In this document: in pieces, positions 1-9,070 of the stretch
How the letters are laid out: every line of letters begins with the position of its first letter
Numbering within the stretch: position 1 is the stretch's first letter
Source of the DNA: Planctomycetota bacterium
Lineage (GTDB): Bacteria > Planctomycetota > Planctomycetia > JALXBF01
Assembly (NCBI GenBank): GCA_026991575.1
Contig: JALXBF010000115.1
Location: 1-52,563 of the forward strand
DNA length: 52,563 bases
Reading direction: 5' to 3'
The notes under the pieces: generated by a model
Databases searched by the model: none
Seen by the model: only the letters and a program-made list of their open reading frames with translations
What the model was told of the DNA's origin: nothing
Translations under genes and position numbers: made by a program

Positions 1-538
1 CCTCGTCGATCTGGATCACATCCGCATGGATTCCCCGAACCTGGTTCGCAAGCACCTGCGCGATGGCCATCGTCAACCGTTCCCGGTCCCGATAGTAGGC
101 ATCCATTAGGACCTGCGCGAGCATGAACGGGCTGGTGACGGTGAACTTGAGTGGCTTGTCGGTTAACCGGCGGACCAGGGCGAAGTCGTCCGGCAAATGC
201 AGCGAACCCTCGCCAATCGGACCGCGCACGATGCCGGCCGGTTTCAAGCGGTACGCCGTGTCCTGACGACGGCGGTACTCCTCCAGCTCGGCCCGCGTGA
301 GCGACTCGTCTATGCCGCTCATCGCGCGCACAAAGTACTCGATCATCCCGTTCGTTTCCGGATGGTTCACGTCAAACCGCATCAACTCGCCATCGGTTAC
401 CACGTCGATGCCCGCTAACTCTTGAGTCTTCAACACGACCATGACCGCATCGATCAGCGACTGACGTGTCGGATAGACCTTCAACCACTCGGGCATCGGA
501 TAGGAACCAACGACGGTGGTCCGTAGCTGGATCGCCAT
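1..538 (-). CDS. Cobalamin-independent methionine synthase II family protein (single-barrel MetE-like), 5' part, truncated by the window edge
   Basis: Not in the ORF track. Manual translation from ATG 538 gives MAIQLRTTVVGSYPMPEWLK...KTQELAGIDVVTDGELMRFD (TTxVGSYP and QExAGxDxxTDGE motifs). GAGGAGG RBS upstream; metF nearby. Confidence 0.85.
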   Translation of the reverse strand, partial: MAIQLRTTVVGSYPMPEWLKVYPTRQSLIDAVMVVLKTQELAGIDVVTDGELMRFDVNHPETNGMIEYFVRAMSGIDESLTRAELEEYRRRQDTAYRLKPAGIVRGPIGEGSLHLPDDFALVRRLTDKPLKFTVTSPFMLAQVLMDAYYRDRERLTMAIAQVLANQVRGIHADVIQIDE

Positions 539-726
539 GGCCTGCCTCCTCAGTTGGTCGATCGGTGCTCCGTCTATAGGATTCTCCGGCGCATCCGTCC
601 GAGCCGGACAGGGGCGTGTTGTCGCGGCCGGGCTGGTCGCGCAACCATATTAAACTAAACTCCCTGCGGTCGCCCTCGGAACCGAGAACTACTGCAGGCA
701 GTTGCGAGCGCATGAGGTCGGCTGCC

Positions 727-1974
727 ATGCTCGGTCGAGCACGCGCGTGGACAATTGCCATTCTGTTGCTCTGGGCCCTAGCAGCTAGCTGGCTTGCCAT
801 CAGCGGTCACCGGCCGCAGCCGCTTGATGCAGACCAGCCCGACCCGCCGGCAGAGCGCGCCACCGACAGGGAGCTCCAGAAGATCAAGGATGAACTCACC
901 AAGTGGCGCATCCTGGTGACCGGCAACGCCGAGCTGGGCTGGGAAGAGGCGCAGACCAAGCTTGAGTCGCTCCGGCAGCGGGCGGCCTCGTTGCCGAACA
1001 CCGCGGTGCAGGAGCAGCCGTCGCTGCTGCAGGCGTACGCCGACGCGCTGCAGCGCATCGCCACGTTGGAACGAGAACTGACCGAGCTGCGCGGCCAATT
1101 GCGTACCGCTCAGCTGGCAGCACAGCACCCGGCGACGGCCCAAGCCGTGGACGAGTACGTCCGAGAACTCCATGAGGAGCGACTCGAGGAGCAGCAACGG
1201 ATGCTGGCGGTCATCAGGGAACGAGAGCGGCGAATTCAGTCGCTTGCGGACCGGGTTCAGACGTTGGCGAAGCGGCTGCGTGATGAGCGGCAGGACAAGG
1301 CAAGGCTCGAAGCAGAACTGCTCCGCGAGCTAGACCGGCTCCGCACCGCTCTGGAAGAACTCCGCCGCTACCGGCCGAAGCCGGCCGGCGTCGTGCGCCT
1401 GGAGCCGGACGGCAGGGTGGTTCGGGCCAATAACGTGCAACGCGTCGTCTGGATCAGCCTGGGCCGACGTCACGGTGTGCAACCGGGCATGACGTTCAAC
1501 GTCTGGCCCAGTACGGCGTCCGTTGCGCTGGACAAACCAAAGGCGAGTATTGTCGTCAGCCGGGTGATCGACCGGAGCCTGAGCGAGGCGCGGATCGTAG
1601 CGGCCGATCCACGACATCCGATCGTCGACGGCGACCTGATCTGCAACGCCGCTTTCGACCCCGATCGGCCGACAACGTTCGTGCTGGCGGGCGTCATCGA
1701 CATCGATGGCGATGGCAAGGACGACCGCGCGATTGTGCGCAACTGCATCAAACGCTCAGGGGGCAAGATCGTGGCGGAGTTGCTGCCGGACGGCACGGTG
1801 CAGGGAGAGGTGCGGGCGGAGGTGCGGTACTTCGTGCGAGGGGAGGCTGCCGGCGCGGTCCGCATGGCTCGCGATCGGCTGGAGGCGGAAGCACGCGATT
1901 TCGGGGCATACGTACTGACCGTCGATAAACTGATCGATTTGCTCGGCCTGCCGCGCGTGCGGCGGTTCCGCTGA
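727..1974 (+). CDS. Hypothetical membrane-anchored coiled-coil protein with a C-terminal beta/BRCT-like region
   Basis: N-terminal hydrophobic helix (WTIAILLLWALAASWLAI), long E/R/L-rich coiled coil, then DGRVVR..VWISLG..GV.PGMTF and a BRCT-like tail (IKRSGGKIV...VRYFVRG). Start uncertain (616/712/727). Confidence 0.6.
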   Translation: MLGRARAWTIAILLLWALAASWLAISGHRPQPLDADQPDPPAERATDRELQKIKDELTKWRILVTGNAELGWEEAQTKLESLRQRAASLPNTAVQEQPSLLQAYADALQRIATLERELTELRGQLRTAQLAAQHPATAQAVDEYVRELHEERLEEQQRMLAVIRERERRIQSLADRVQTLAKRLRDERQDKARLEAELLRELDRLRTALEELRRYRPKPAGVVRLEPDGRVVRANNVQRVVWISLGRRHGVQPGMTFNVWPSTASVALDKPKASIVVSRVIDRSLSEARIVAADPRHPIVDGDLICNAAFDPDRPTTFVLAGVIDIDGDGKDDRAIVRNCIKRSGGKIVAELLPDGTVQGEVRAEVRYFVRGEAAGAVRMARDRLEAEARDFGAYVLTVDKLIDLLGLPRVRRFR

Positions 1975-1994
1975 CCTAATCGAGACGTCGACCG

Positions 1995-2912
1995 ATGGCA
2001 CGAACCTTTGCGGATTTCTACCGAGAGAAGCAACCGGTAGTGTCGTTCGAGGTGTTTCCGCCTAAGACAGAGGCGGCCGAACAGAATCTCTACCGCGTCC
2101 TGCCGGAGCTCATCGCGCTTCGCCCCGACTTCATGACCGTCACCTACGGCGCGATGGGTTCGACGCGGGAACGGACCGTTGAGATTGCGGCGTTCATCAA
2201 ACGGGAGTACGGACTGGAGACCGCTTGTCACCTGACGTGCGTCGGCTCATCCCGAGCAGAGCTGGTGACGATCGTCGAGGAGATCTACGCCAACGGCATC
2301 CGCAATATCGTGGCCCTTCGAGGTGATCCGCCCCGAGGCGAGACGACGTTCACGCCACCGAAGGACGGGCTAGCGCACGCCAACGAGCTCGTCACCCTGA
2401 TCCGCGAGCTCCAGCGCCAGCGCGGCTGGGAGCAACTGGGCATTGCCGTGGCAGGCTATCCGGAAAAGCACCAGGAAGCGCCGGACATGGAGACAGACAT
2501 CCGCTACTTGAAGCAAAAGGTCGACGCTGGGGCGGACGTCGTTATCACGCAGCTGTTCTTCGACAATCAGGACTTCTTCACGTTTCGTGAGCTGGCAGTT
2601 GCTGCCGGGGTGCGAGTGCCGATCGTACCCGGGCTGTTGCCCATCGTCTCGGCCAAGCAAATCAAGCGGATCGCGTCCCTGTGTGGGGCACGGATCCCGG
2701 AGGCGCTCGCCCGGCAGTTGGATGCGGCAGAAGGGGATGACGCGGCGGCTGAGGCGATTGGTGTGCGTCAGTGTATTGAGCAGGCCAGGGAGTTGCTGGA
2801 GGCCGGTGTTCCCGGCATCCACTTCTATGTGCTTAACCGCTCAAGCCACATGAAGCAGATCATCGCCGCCCTGCGGCCTTACCTTAAACAAGACCACCAG
2901 ACGGCCCGGTGA
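1995..2912 (+). CDS. metF: 5,10-methylenetetrahydrofolate reductase
   Basis: Motifs SFEVFPPK, VTYGAMG, HLTC, ALRGDPP, AGYPEKH, ITQLFFD, GIHFYVLN. Confidence 0.96.
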   Translation: MARTFADFYREKQPVVSFEVFPPKTEAAEQNLYRVLPELIALRPDFMTVTYGAMGSTRERTVEIAAFIKREYGLETACHLTCVGSSRAELVTIVEEIYANGIRNIVALRGDPPRGETTFTPPKDGLAHANELVTLIRELQRQRGWEQLGIAVAGYPEKHQEAPDMETDIRYLKQKVDAGADVVITQLFFDNQDFFTFRELAVAAGVRVPIVPGLLPIVSAKQIKRIASLCGARIPEALARQLDAAEGDDAAAEAIGVRQCIEQARELLEAGVPGIHFYVLNRSSHMKQIIAALRPYLKQDHQTAR

Positions 2913-3069
2913 ACCATCCGCGGCGCACTCCGGCTGTCCCAACTGCTTCCCTCACCGCCAATCATGCGCACGGGCCTGGATCAGAGCACCCGCTCCCAGC
3001 AAGGGATGCAGCCGGCGAGCTCCCGGTGTTGAGTTCGCCAAACTGCATCCCCGTCGAATCCTGTGCGGA

Positions 3070-3498
3070 TCAGTTATTCGGCAAGATCGAAACGAGTTCC
3101 AGTTCGAAGATCAACGTCTTGCCGGCGCATGGATGGTTGGCATCGAGCACGGCCGTTCGATCACGGAGCTCTTTAACCCAAACGGTGATCCGTTGCGGAC
3201 CGACCTGTGCGCTCAGCCGGTCGCCAACTGCCACGTCGGGCGGAAGCATGGCGCGATCCACCTCGTACTGAAGCTCAGGCTCATGGGGCCCGAATCCCTT
3301 CTCCGGCGGCACCGTCACCGTCTTCTTCTCGCCCTCCTGCATGCCGATCACCGCCTCTGACACGCCTTCGATGACGTCAGAACTGCCGGCCACGAACTCA
3401 ATCGGCTCGCGCCCCGCAGAACTGTCAAACACGTTCCCGTCTTCAAAACGTCCCACGTAATGCACTCGAACCCTGTCGCCTGGTTGTACCACGGCCAT
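3070..3498 (-). CDS. FKBP-type peptidyl-prolyl cis-trans isomerase (SlyD/SlpA-like, no His-rich tail)
   Basis: GDRVRVHYVGRFEDGNVFDSS, VPPEKGFG, LDANHPCAGKTLIFELEL. ATG 3498 with GGAG RBS. Confidence 0.92.
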   Translation of the reverse strand: MAVVQPGDRVRVHYVGRFEDGNVFDSSAGREPIEFVAGSSDVIEGVSEAVIGMQEGEKKTVTVPPEKGFGPHEPELQYEVDRAMLPPDVAVGDRLSAQVGPQRITVWVKELRDRTAVLDANHPCAGKTLIFELELVSILPNN

Positions 3499-4005
3499 TG
3501 CTCCTACTCCGAACCAACAGTTGCCGACCAAAGCGGCCGGACCACAAGAGACAGACCACGCAGAGTACACCACAAATCCGACTAGCCGCGGTGCAACTCA
3601 GTGGGCGATCAGATGGAACTGGCCGGGAGAGGATCGGAGAGATGGTCCGGCAACCGACAGACGTCTCACCAAACCCAACCTGGCCCGCTTTCCAATCCGC
3701 CCGCGAGCCACCGTCCCACCGGGACCTATGTCACTCTGCAACCACACGTGCTCGCAGCGCTTGCTGCCAGCACTACCTAAGCATACGCTAAAGCCACCCG
3801 AAAAGCTAGGCCGAAAGGCACGAAGCCTCCAAATTGGTCTGTGCATTGCGGTTGGGCGCCGCTTTGGCCGCAGCACCGCCCCAGGTGCCATGCTGAAACG
3901 GTGAGGCCGGGCTCGTCGACGGCGGCTCGCGGCCAGGCTCCTCATACGATAGGAACGAACGCAGCATGGCCGCCAAGAAACACGCCGGACGAGCCCGCGT
4001 GACGA

Positions 4006-5154
4006 ATGGTTGCCATCCTGGGAGATCCACCAGCTTTCCCGGACGGGCCACCTGCGTGGCCCCGCACCACACCCGCCATTCGACGGGCCCTTCAAGATGC
4101 GCTCCGTGACCACCAGTGGGGCACGTACGACGGCCCGCACACCGATAGGCTTCAGCGCGCGTTGAGAGACTTCTACGGGGTCGACTACGTGGTGCTCACT
4201 GCTAGCGGCACGTTTGGCATGGAGCTCGCGCTACAGGCTGCGCGGGTCCGCCCTGGCTCGTCCGTCGTCATGGCGGCCTATGAGTTTCCGGGCAATTTCC
4301 TGTCAGTTCTGAAGCTCGGTGCCACGCCGCTGCTTGTCGATGTCCGAGCAGACGATGGCCAGATGGATGTGGACCAGGTGGAGCTGGCCATGCGTCGTAA
4401 GCCCACCGCGGTGATTGCCACTCACCTGCACGGCGGCATGGTCGACGTTGCGCGGCTCCGAACCATCTGCGAGGACAACAGTGTGACGCTCATCGAGGAT
4501 GCCGCGCAGATGCCGGGCGCAACCATCGCCGGTCGGCGCGCCGCTACCATCGGACACATCGGCGTCATCAGCTTCGGGGGTTCCAAGCTGATGAGCGCCG
4601 GGCGTGGCGGAGCCGTGCTGACAGACGTTGCCGTCTGCCACCAGCGAATCCGCCTTCTGTCCACCCGGGCCAACGATCTGGTCTGCCCGCTGTCGCAGCT
4701 TCAAGCCGTCGTGCTCGTGCCGCAACTCCACGAGCTCGAGACACTGGAGCGGCGGCGGGCATCTGCAGTGGCGTGGCTTTCCAAAGGCCTCGAAGAAGAG
4801 GTGCCGGGACTAAGCGTTCTGCGTTCCAGCTTGCCTGGCCGACCAGGCTACTACAAGGTGGGCCTCTTGTTCGACCCTGCCGCTTTCGCGCCGCTGACCC
4901 GGGAAGCCTTCGTGCAGGCGGCCCAGGCGGAAGGAATTGCCGTCGATGTCGGTTTCCGGGCACTCCACTCGGGCCGGTCGAGGAGCCGCTTTGAGCAAGT
5001 TGACCGGTTGTGCAACGCGGAACGATTTGCTCAGCGAATACTCGTGCTGCACCATCCCGTGCTGCTCGAATCCCGGCGCACGCTCGAACGGCTGATCGAA
5101 GCCCTGGGCGACATCTACCGGGCGCGTGACCGGATCGCCAAGCTGTTCGCCTAG
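4006..5154 (+). CDS. DegT/DnrJ/EryC1/StrS family PLP-dependent aminotransferase
   Basis: SGTFGMELAL, THLHG, LIEDAAQ and SFGGSKLMSAGRGG (PLP lysine motif). Confidence 0.88.
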   Translation: MVAILGDPPAFPDGPPAWPRTTPAIRRALQDALRDHQWGTYDGPHTDRLQRALRDFYGVDYVVLTASGTFGMELALQAARVRPGSSVVMAAYEFPGNFLSVLKLGATPLLVDVRADDGQMDVDQVELAMRRKPTAVIATHLHGGMVDVARLRTICEDNSVTLIEDAAQMPGATIAGRRAATIGHIGVISFGGSKLMSAGRGGAVLTDVAVCHQRIRLLSTRANDLVCPLSQLQAVVLVPQLHELETLERRRASAVAWLSKGLEEEVPGLSVLRSSLPGRPGYYKVGLLFDPAAFAPLTREAFVQAAQAEGIAVDVGFRALHSGRSRSRFEQVDRLCNAERFAQRILVLHHPVLLESRRTLERLIEALGDIYRARDRIAKLFA

Positions 5155-5285
5155 CACGATCCCCCCGCGCGTCGGCTAGCCACTGCGCCAGGAAACGCGA
5201 CCCTACGTGGCAGAAACCGCTACGCCTAAAGCGCTTCGCGTGTGGTCGTCGCGCAAGCGGCTGCGGACCGCTCCGCGCGCGGCCG

Positions 5286-7493
5286 TCACCGTGATCGGGT
5301 CAGTACTGCCTTCAGCCACCGGTACGCCTGCCGTTTCTCACGCTCTGGGAAATCATGGCCGGAGTTCGGGTAGACGACCACCAGCCGGTCCACGGCACCA
5401 AACAGCCGATACACAGGCCGCACGGCAGCAATCACCTCGCGTACCCCGGCGTTGTCGAAATTGCCGTCATTCAGGGGGGCGTTGACAAACAGCGGTCGGG
5501 GTGCGATGGCAGCCAGCACTTCGTGGAAATCAAACGGCATCCGTTTCGGATCCATGGCATACGCGGTGCGGATCCGCGGCATGTAGCGATCGCTGGTCCA
5601 ACCACGCAGGTTGCCGCCGTAGTAGTTGGGAAAGGCCGTGAACCCGCAGCTGGTGACGACTGCCCGGATCCTCTGATCAAACGCCGCGGTGAACAGCGCG
5701 TTGTGGCCACCCAGGCTGTGCCCGAAAGCGGCGATCGCGTCCCGATCGACCTCGGGCCGAGACTCCAGCAGGTCGATAGCGCGAATGTTGTTCCAGATCG
5801 CTTTCATGGTGCCGGAAACGTACTCCGGATGCGTGCGGAAGTCGTAGCGATACTCACCAAAGCTCGGGTAATCGGGCACCAGGCAGACGAAGCCTTCTCG
5901 AGCCAGCTCATCCGCGTAGCGTCGGTTGGCACGGCCGGCCAGGCCGACCAGTTCATCCTTGCCGTGCGGGTTCGTTTGGTGCAGCACAAGTACGGCCGGA
6001 GCGGGGAGCTTCACACGGAGAGGCACCAGCAGGTAGGCTGGCACCCGGTCACCCGGATCGGCCGTGTAGAACAGCTTGATCCGGCGGTAGTACTGCGTGT
6101 CCACCTCTTCGACGATCTGCACATCTAACGGCACGCGCCGCTGCGGTCCTGGCAGCGGCCCCATGACCTTTTCCATGTTTCTCAGGATCTGGAACCGCCT
6201 GCGCCCCCAATCGAAAAGGTTCTCCCGGCGGATGTGTCGGAGCGTTCCACGCGGAGTTCGATAGATCAGCAGATTGCTGCGGTCATGGTAGACGGGCACC
6301 TGGTCAGCAGGCGGCACCGGATCGCGGTAGGCCTCCCCCTGAGCGGATCGGTTCTCGAAGCAGTACAGCCCGTTGCGCGTGGGGCCGATCAGGTCCAGGT
6401 CGCCATCGCCGTCCAGGTCGACGACTTCTGGATCAAGATCCCAGCCGCCGCTGTCCCATGCGATGGTGGCTGCATGCCACGATCTGGTCTTTCTGGAGAA
6501 CTGGTACGCTCGCACCAGCAGTGGGTCGTACTCACCGGGGTCGCGGCCGTCGTGGCCCAGGTAGCGGCGGGCGGCGACAAGCTCGGGCCGACCGTCTGCA
6601 TTGAGATCGGCCCAACGGAGGGCGTGCACCTGGGATATCGTGTGGTCAATGCAATGCAGCTGCCAGGTTCGCCGACCGCCGCTAGCCCGTTGCTCGAGCC
6701 AGTAGACGCCGATGTCGTGTCCTCGGCCCCAGATGAGGTCCGAGTCGCCATCGCCGTCAACGTCGACGACCAGGATGGGGATGGATGCATCGCGGTGCAG
6801 CGTGAACTCTGCCAGCCACTGCCAGCGGATGGTGCCCCCTGGGCCGGGCACCTGTCTGGCCCAACCCCTCTGACCGACAACGTCCACCAGTCCGTCCCCG
6901 TCCACGTCACCGGCCCCGATGCCATGGGCCCGGACCTGGTCGGGCAGGGGGCGTCTGGCGGTGGCGAAAGAAGCGACCCCGGGACCTGCCGGCAGAACGT
7001 ATCGCTCGTACCACGCGGCGTAGTCAATTCCGTTGGGGAGGATGTCCGGCAATCCGTCCCCGTTGATGTCTACCAGCAGAGCAGTCTCCGCACGACCAAG
7101 CCGTTCGACCTCAATGACCTGCCAGCTCTGTCCCAGGGCCGACGGGTTAATGGCCACCCGGACGGTGCCGCTGCGGTAGTTGACACTGACGATGTCTAGA
7201 TCACCGTCGCCATCGACATCGACCGGCAGGTTGCTGTAATCGTCGTAGCGGCCGCGGATTACCGGCACGTCGCGCAGGCGTATCAGTCGCCAGTGCGGGG
7301 CGAGGTAACCGAATGCACCGCAGACGATATCGCGATGCCCGTCGCCGTTGAGGTCCAGGGTGGTCGCAGCAGGAAACCGCGAGCCCGGGTGGATGACCAC
7401 CGTCCGGAACGGGGGTGGCCTGTAGTCGTCGCCACCGGCCGTGCTCGTAACGAGAACCATCAGCACGGTGCAAAGGGCCACAAGGAACGCCAC
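5286..7493 (-). CDS. Secreted FG-GAP/VCBS-repeat protein fused to an alpha/beta hydrolase (dienelactone hydrolase/esterase-like)
   Basis: Signal peptide; repeated DxD/NGDGxxD motifs; C-terminal VPAYLLVP, LHQT, GHSLGG nucleophile elbow and GHDF His. Confidence 0.85.
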   Translation of the reverse strand: MAFLVALCTVLMVLVTSTAGGDDYRPPPFRTVVIHPGSRFPAATTLDLNGDGHRDIVCGAFGYLAPHWRLIRLRDVPVIRGRYDDYSNLPVDVDGDGDLDIVSVNYRSGTVRVAINPSALGQSWQVIEVERLGRAETALLVDINGDGLPDILPNGIDYAAWYERYVLPAGPGVASFATARRPLPDQVRAHGIGAGDVDGDGLVDVVGQRGWARQVPGPGGTIRWQWLAEFTLHRDASIPILVVDVDGDGDSDLIWGRGHDIGVYWLEQRASGGRRTWQLHCIDHTISQVHALRWADLNADGRPELVAARRYLGHDGRDPGEYDPLLVRAYQFSRKTRSWHAATIAWDSGGWDLDPEVVDLDGDGDLDLIGPTRNGLYCFENRSAQGEAYRDPVPPADQVPVYHDRSNLLIYRTPRGTLRHIRRENLFDWGRRRFQILRNMEKVMGPLPGPQRRVPLDVQIVEEVDTQYYRRIKLFYTADPGDRVPAYLLVPLRVKLPAPAVLVLHQTNPHGKDELVGLAGRANRRYADELAREGFVCLVPDYPSFGEYRYDFRTHPEYVSGTMKAIWNNIRAIDLLESRPEVDRDAIAAFGHSLGGHNALFTAAFDQRIRAVVTSCGFTAFPNYYGGNLRGWTSDRYMPRIRTAYAMDPKRMPFDFHEVLAAIAPRPLFVNAPLNDGNFDNAGVREVIAAVRPVYRLFGAVDRLVVVYPNSGHDFPEREKRQAYRWLKAVLTRSR

Positions 7494-7514
7494 AGCCGAT
7501 CCTCCCGCTGGAGA

Positions 7515-8795
7515 TTACGGGGCGAGCCGGGGGGCCAGCCGGTGCACGGTTTCAGGGTACAGGCCGGCCAGGTTGATGCGTTCTTCCGGGTCGAGGTCGA
7601 TGCGAAACAGAGCGGTGGACGTTGGCCCGAACCGGCCGGTAGCCCGTTTGGTTGGTTCCACCAGCTTCCAGTGGCGAGTGATGACACAGCGGAACAGCAG
7701 GCTTGCCTTCGGATCCGCCAGATCGTGGATGTCGTGGTCGTAGATTTCCGCCCGCAGGTACTCTCGCCTCTGCACGGCTTCGGGTGATAGCAGGTTGACG
7801 CCCGGCAAGTCGATGGGGGGGTTGATTCCGAGGATCGACAGCACGGTGGGGACGAAGTCGATGGAGCTAGCCAGGTTGACTTTGTCCCGCCGCGGCTTGA
7901 CTCGCCCGGGCCAGCGGATCATGATCGGCGTGCGCAGTCCGCCGTCGTAGGCGGATCGCTTGCCACGGAGCCCCCCGAACGCTCCTCCCGCGCTGTCCGG
8001 TCGCTGAACCCAGCCATTGTCGCAGATGTAGAAAACGATCGTGTTCTCCGCCAGCTGCTTCTGCTGGAGGTAATCGAGCAGCTTTCCGCACACGGCATCC
8101 CACCACTCGCACATGGCGTAGTACCGCGCTATGGGCTCGGGCAGGCTGAGTTGCTGATATCGGCGCAGGTAGTGCTCGGGCGGGTTGTGAGGCAGGTGCG
8201 GCATCATGGGGGCGAACCAGATGAAGAAGGGGCGGTTGGAGGCAACGGCCAGGTCGATGAAGTCGTAGACGGGCTTCATGGTGCGCCGTCCGATGGTCAG
8301 CCCCACATCTCCGTGCCGGCCGCCGCGGCGCAAGTCGCCGTGGGTCATGCCGTGCGTGAAGCCTCCGTTACGATGATTGCCCTCCCACCACTTGCCGCAC
8401 TGGAAGGTCAGATAGCCATTGCGCGCAAGGATCGCTGGCAGCCGCGGGTTCAGCAGGAACCGCTGGACGATGGCATTCCGCTGAGCAGGGTCGCGGCGAC
8501 CCCGTGCCGGATCGTTGCCGGTGATCCCATGTTGACTGGGGTAGAGACCGGTGATCAGGCTGGCCAGCGACGGACGACAGAGTGACGTGGGCACGTAGCC
8601 ACGTTCAAAGACTAACGACTGAGACGCCAGCCGGTCGAGATTGGGGGTGCGGATCCAGGGATGGCCCATGAACGAGTAGTCGTCCCAGCGTTGGTCGTCG
8701 GCGATGATCCAGACGATGTTGGGGCGTTCGGCTGCGATGGCACAGCAAGCAAGAAAAGAGAACCCCGTGAGCACGACCGCTTGCAGTTGCTTCAT
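7515..8795 (-). CDS. Formylglycine-type (S1) sulfatase
   Basis: RPNIVWIIADD, TPNLDRLA, LCRPSLASLITG, GKWW, DNGW, GKRSAYDGGLRTP; signal peptide. Confidence 0.92.
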   Translation of the reverse strand: MKQLQAVVLTGFSFLACCAIAAERPNIVWIIADDQRWDDYSFMGHPWIRTPNLDRLASQSLVFERGYVPTSLCRPSLASLITGLYPSQHGITGNDPARGRRDPAQRNAIVQRFLLNPRLPAILARNGYLTFQCGKWWEGNHRNGGFTHGMTHGDLRRGGRHGDVGLTIGRRTMKPVYDFIDLAVASNRPFFIWFAPMMPHLPHNPPEHYLRRYQQLSLPEPIARYYAMCEWWDAVCGKLLDYLQQKQLAENTIVFYICDNGWVQRPDSAGGAFGGLRGKRSAYDGGLRTPIMIRWPGRVKPRRDKVNLASSIDFVPTVLSILGINPPIDLPGVNLLSPEAVQRREYLRAEIYDHDIHDLADPKASLLFRCVITRHWKLVEPTKRATGRFGPTSTALFRIDLDPEERINLAGLYPETVHRLAPRLAP

Positions 8796-9070
8796 CGCGT
8801 GCGCCCTCCTCGGTGCGTCTCAACGGTGGCAGACACTCTCGTTGCTCAAGGGGGGCAGCGACGGTCCACGTCACATGGTGGCCGCTGCCGTAGCCGGTAC
8901 CGTCGGCCCGGCAGCCGGCCGGCCAACGGAAGCGATTGTAACACGCGCGGGGCTTCAAGGGGGGACATGAGGGGGGCAGATCGGGAATCGGTCCCCGCCG
9001 CTTGTCCGCACACCGCCCGCTGCTTCTGCTACTGGCACCAGCACCCCAACAACGGCCATAGCGGACGGTG

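Noticed and set aside
539..720. SAM or cobalamin riboswitch between the MetE-like gene and the metF unit
   Set aside because: No recognisable conserved riboswitch core in this short spacer.
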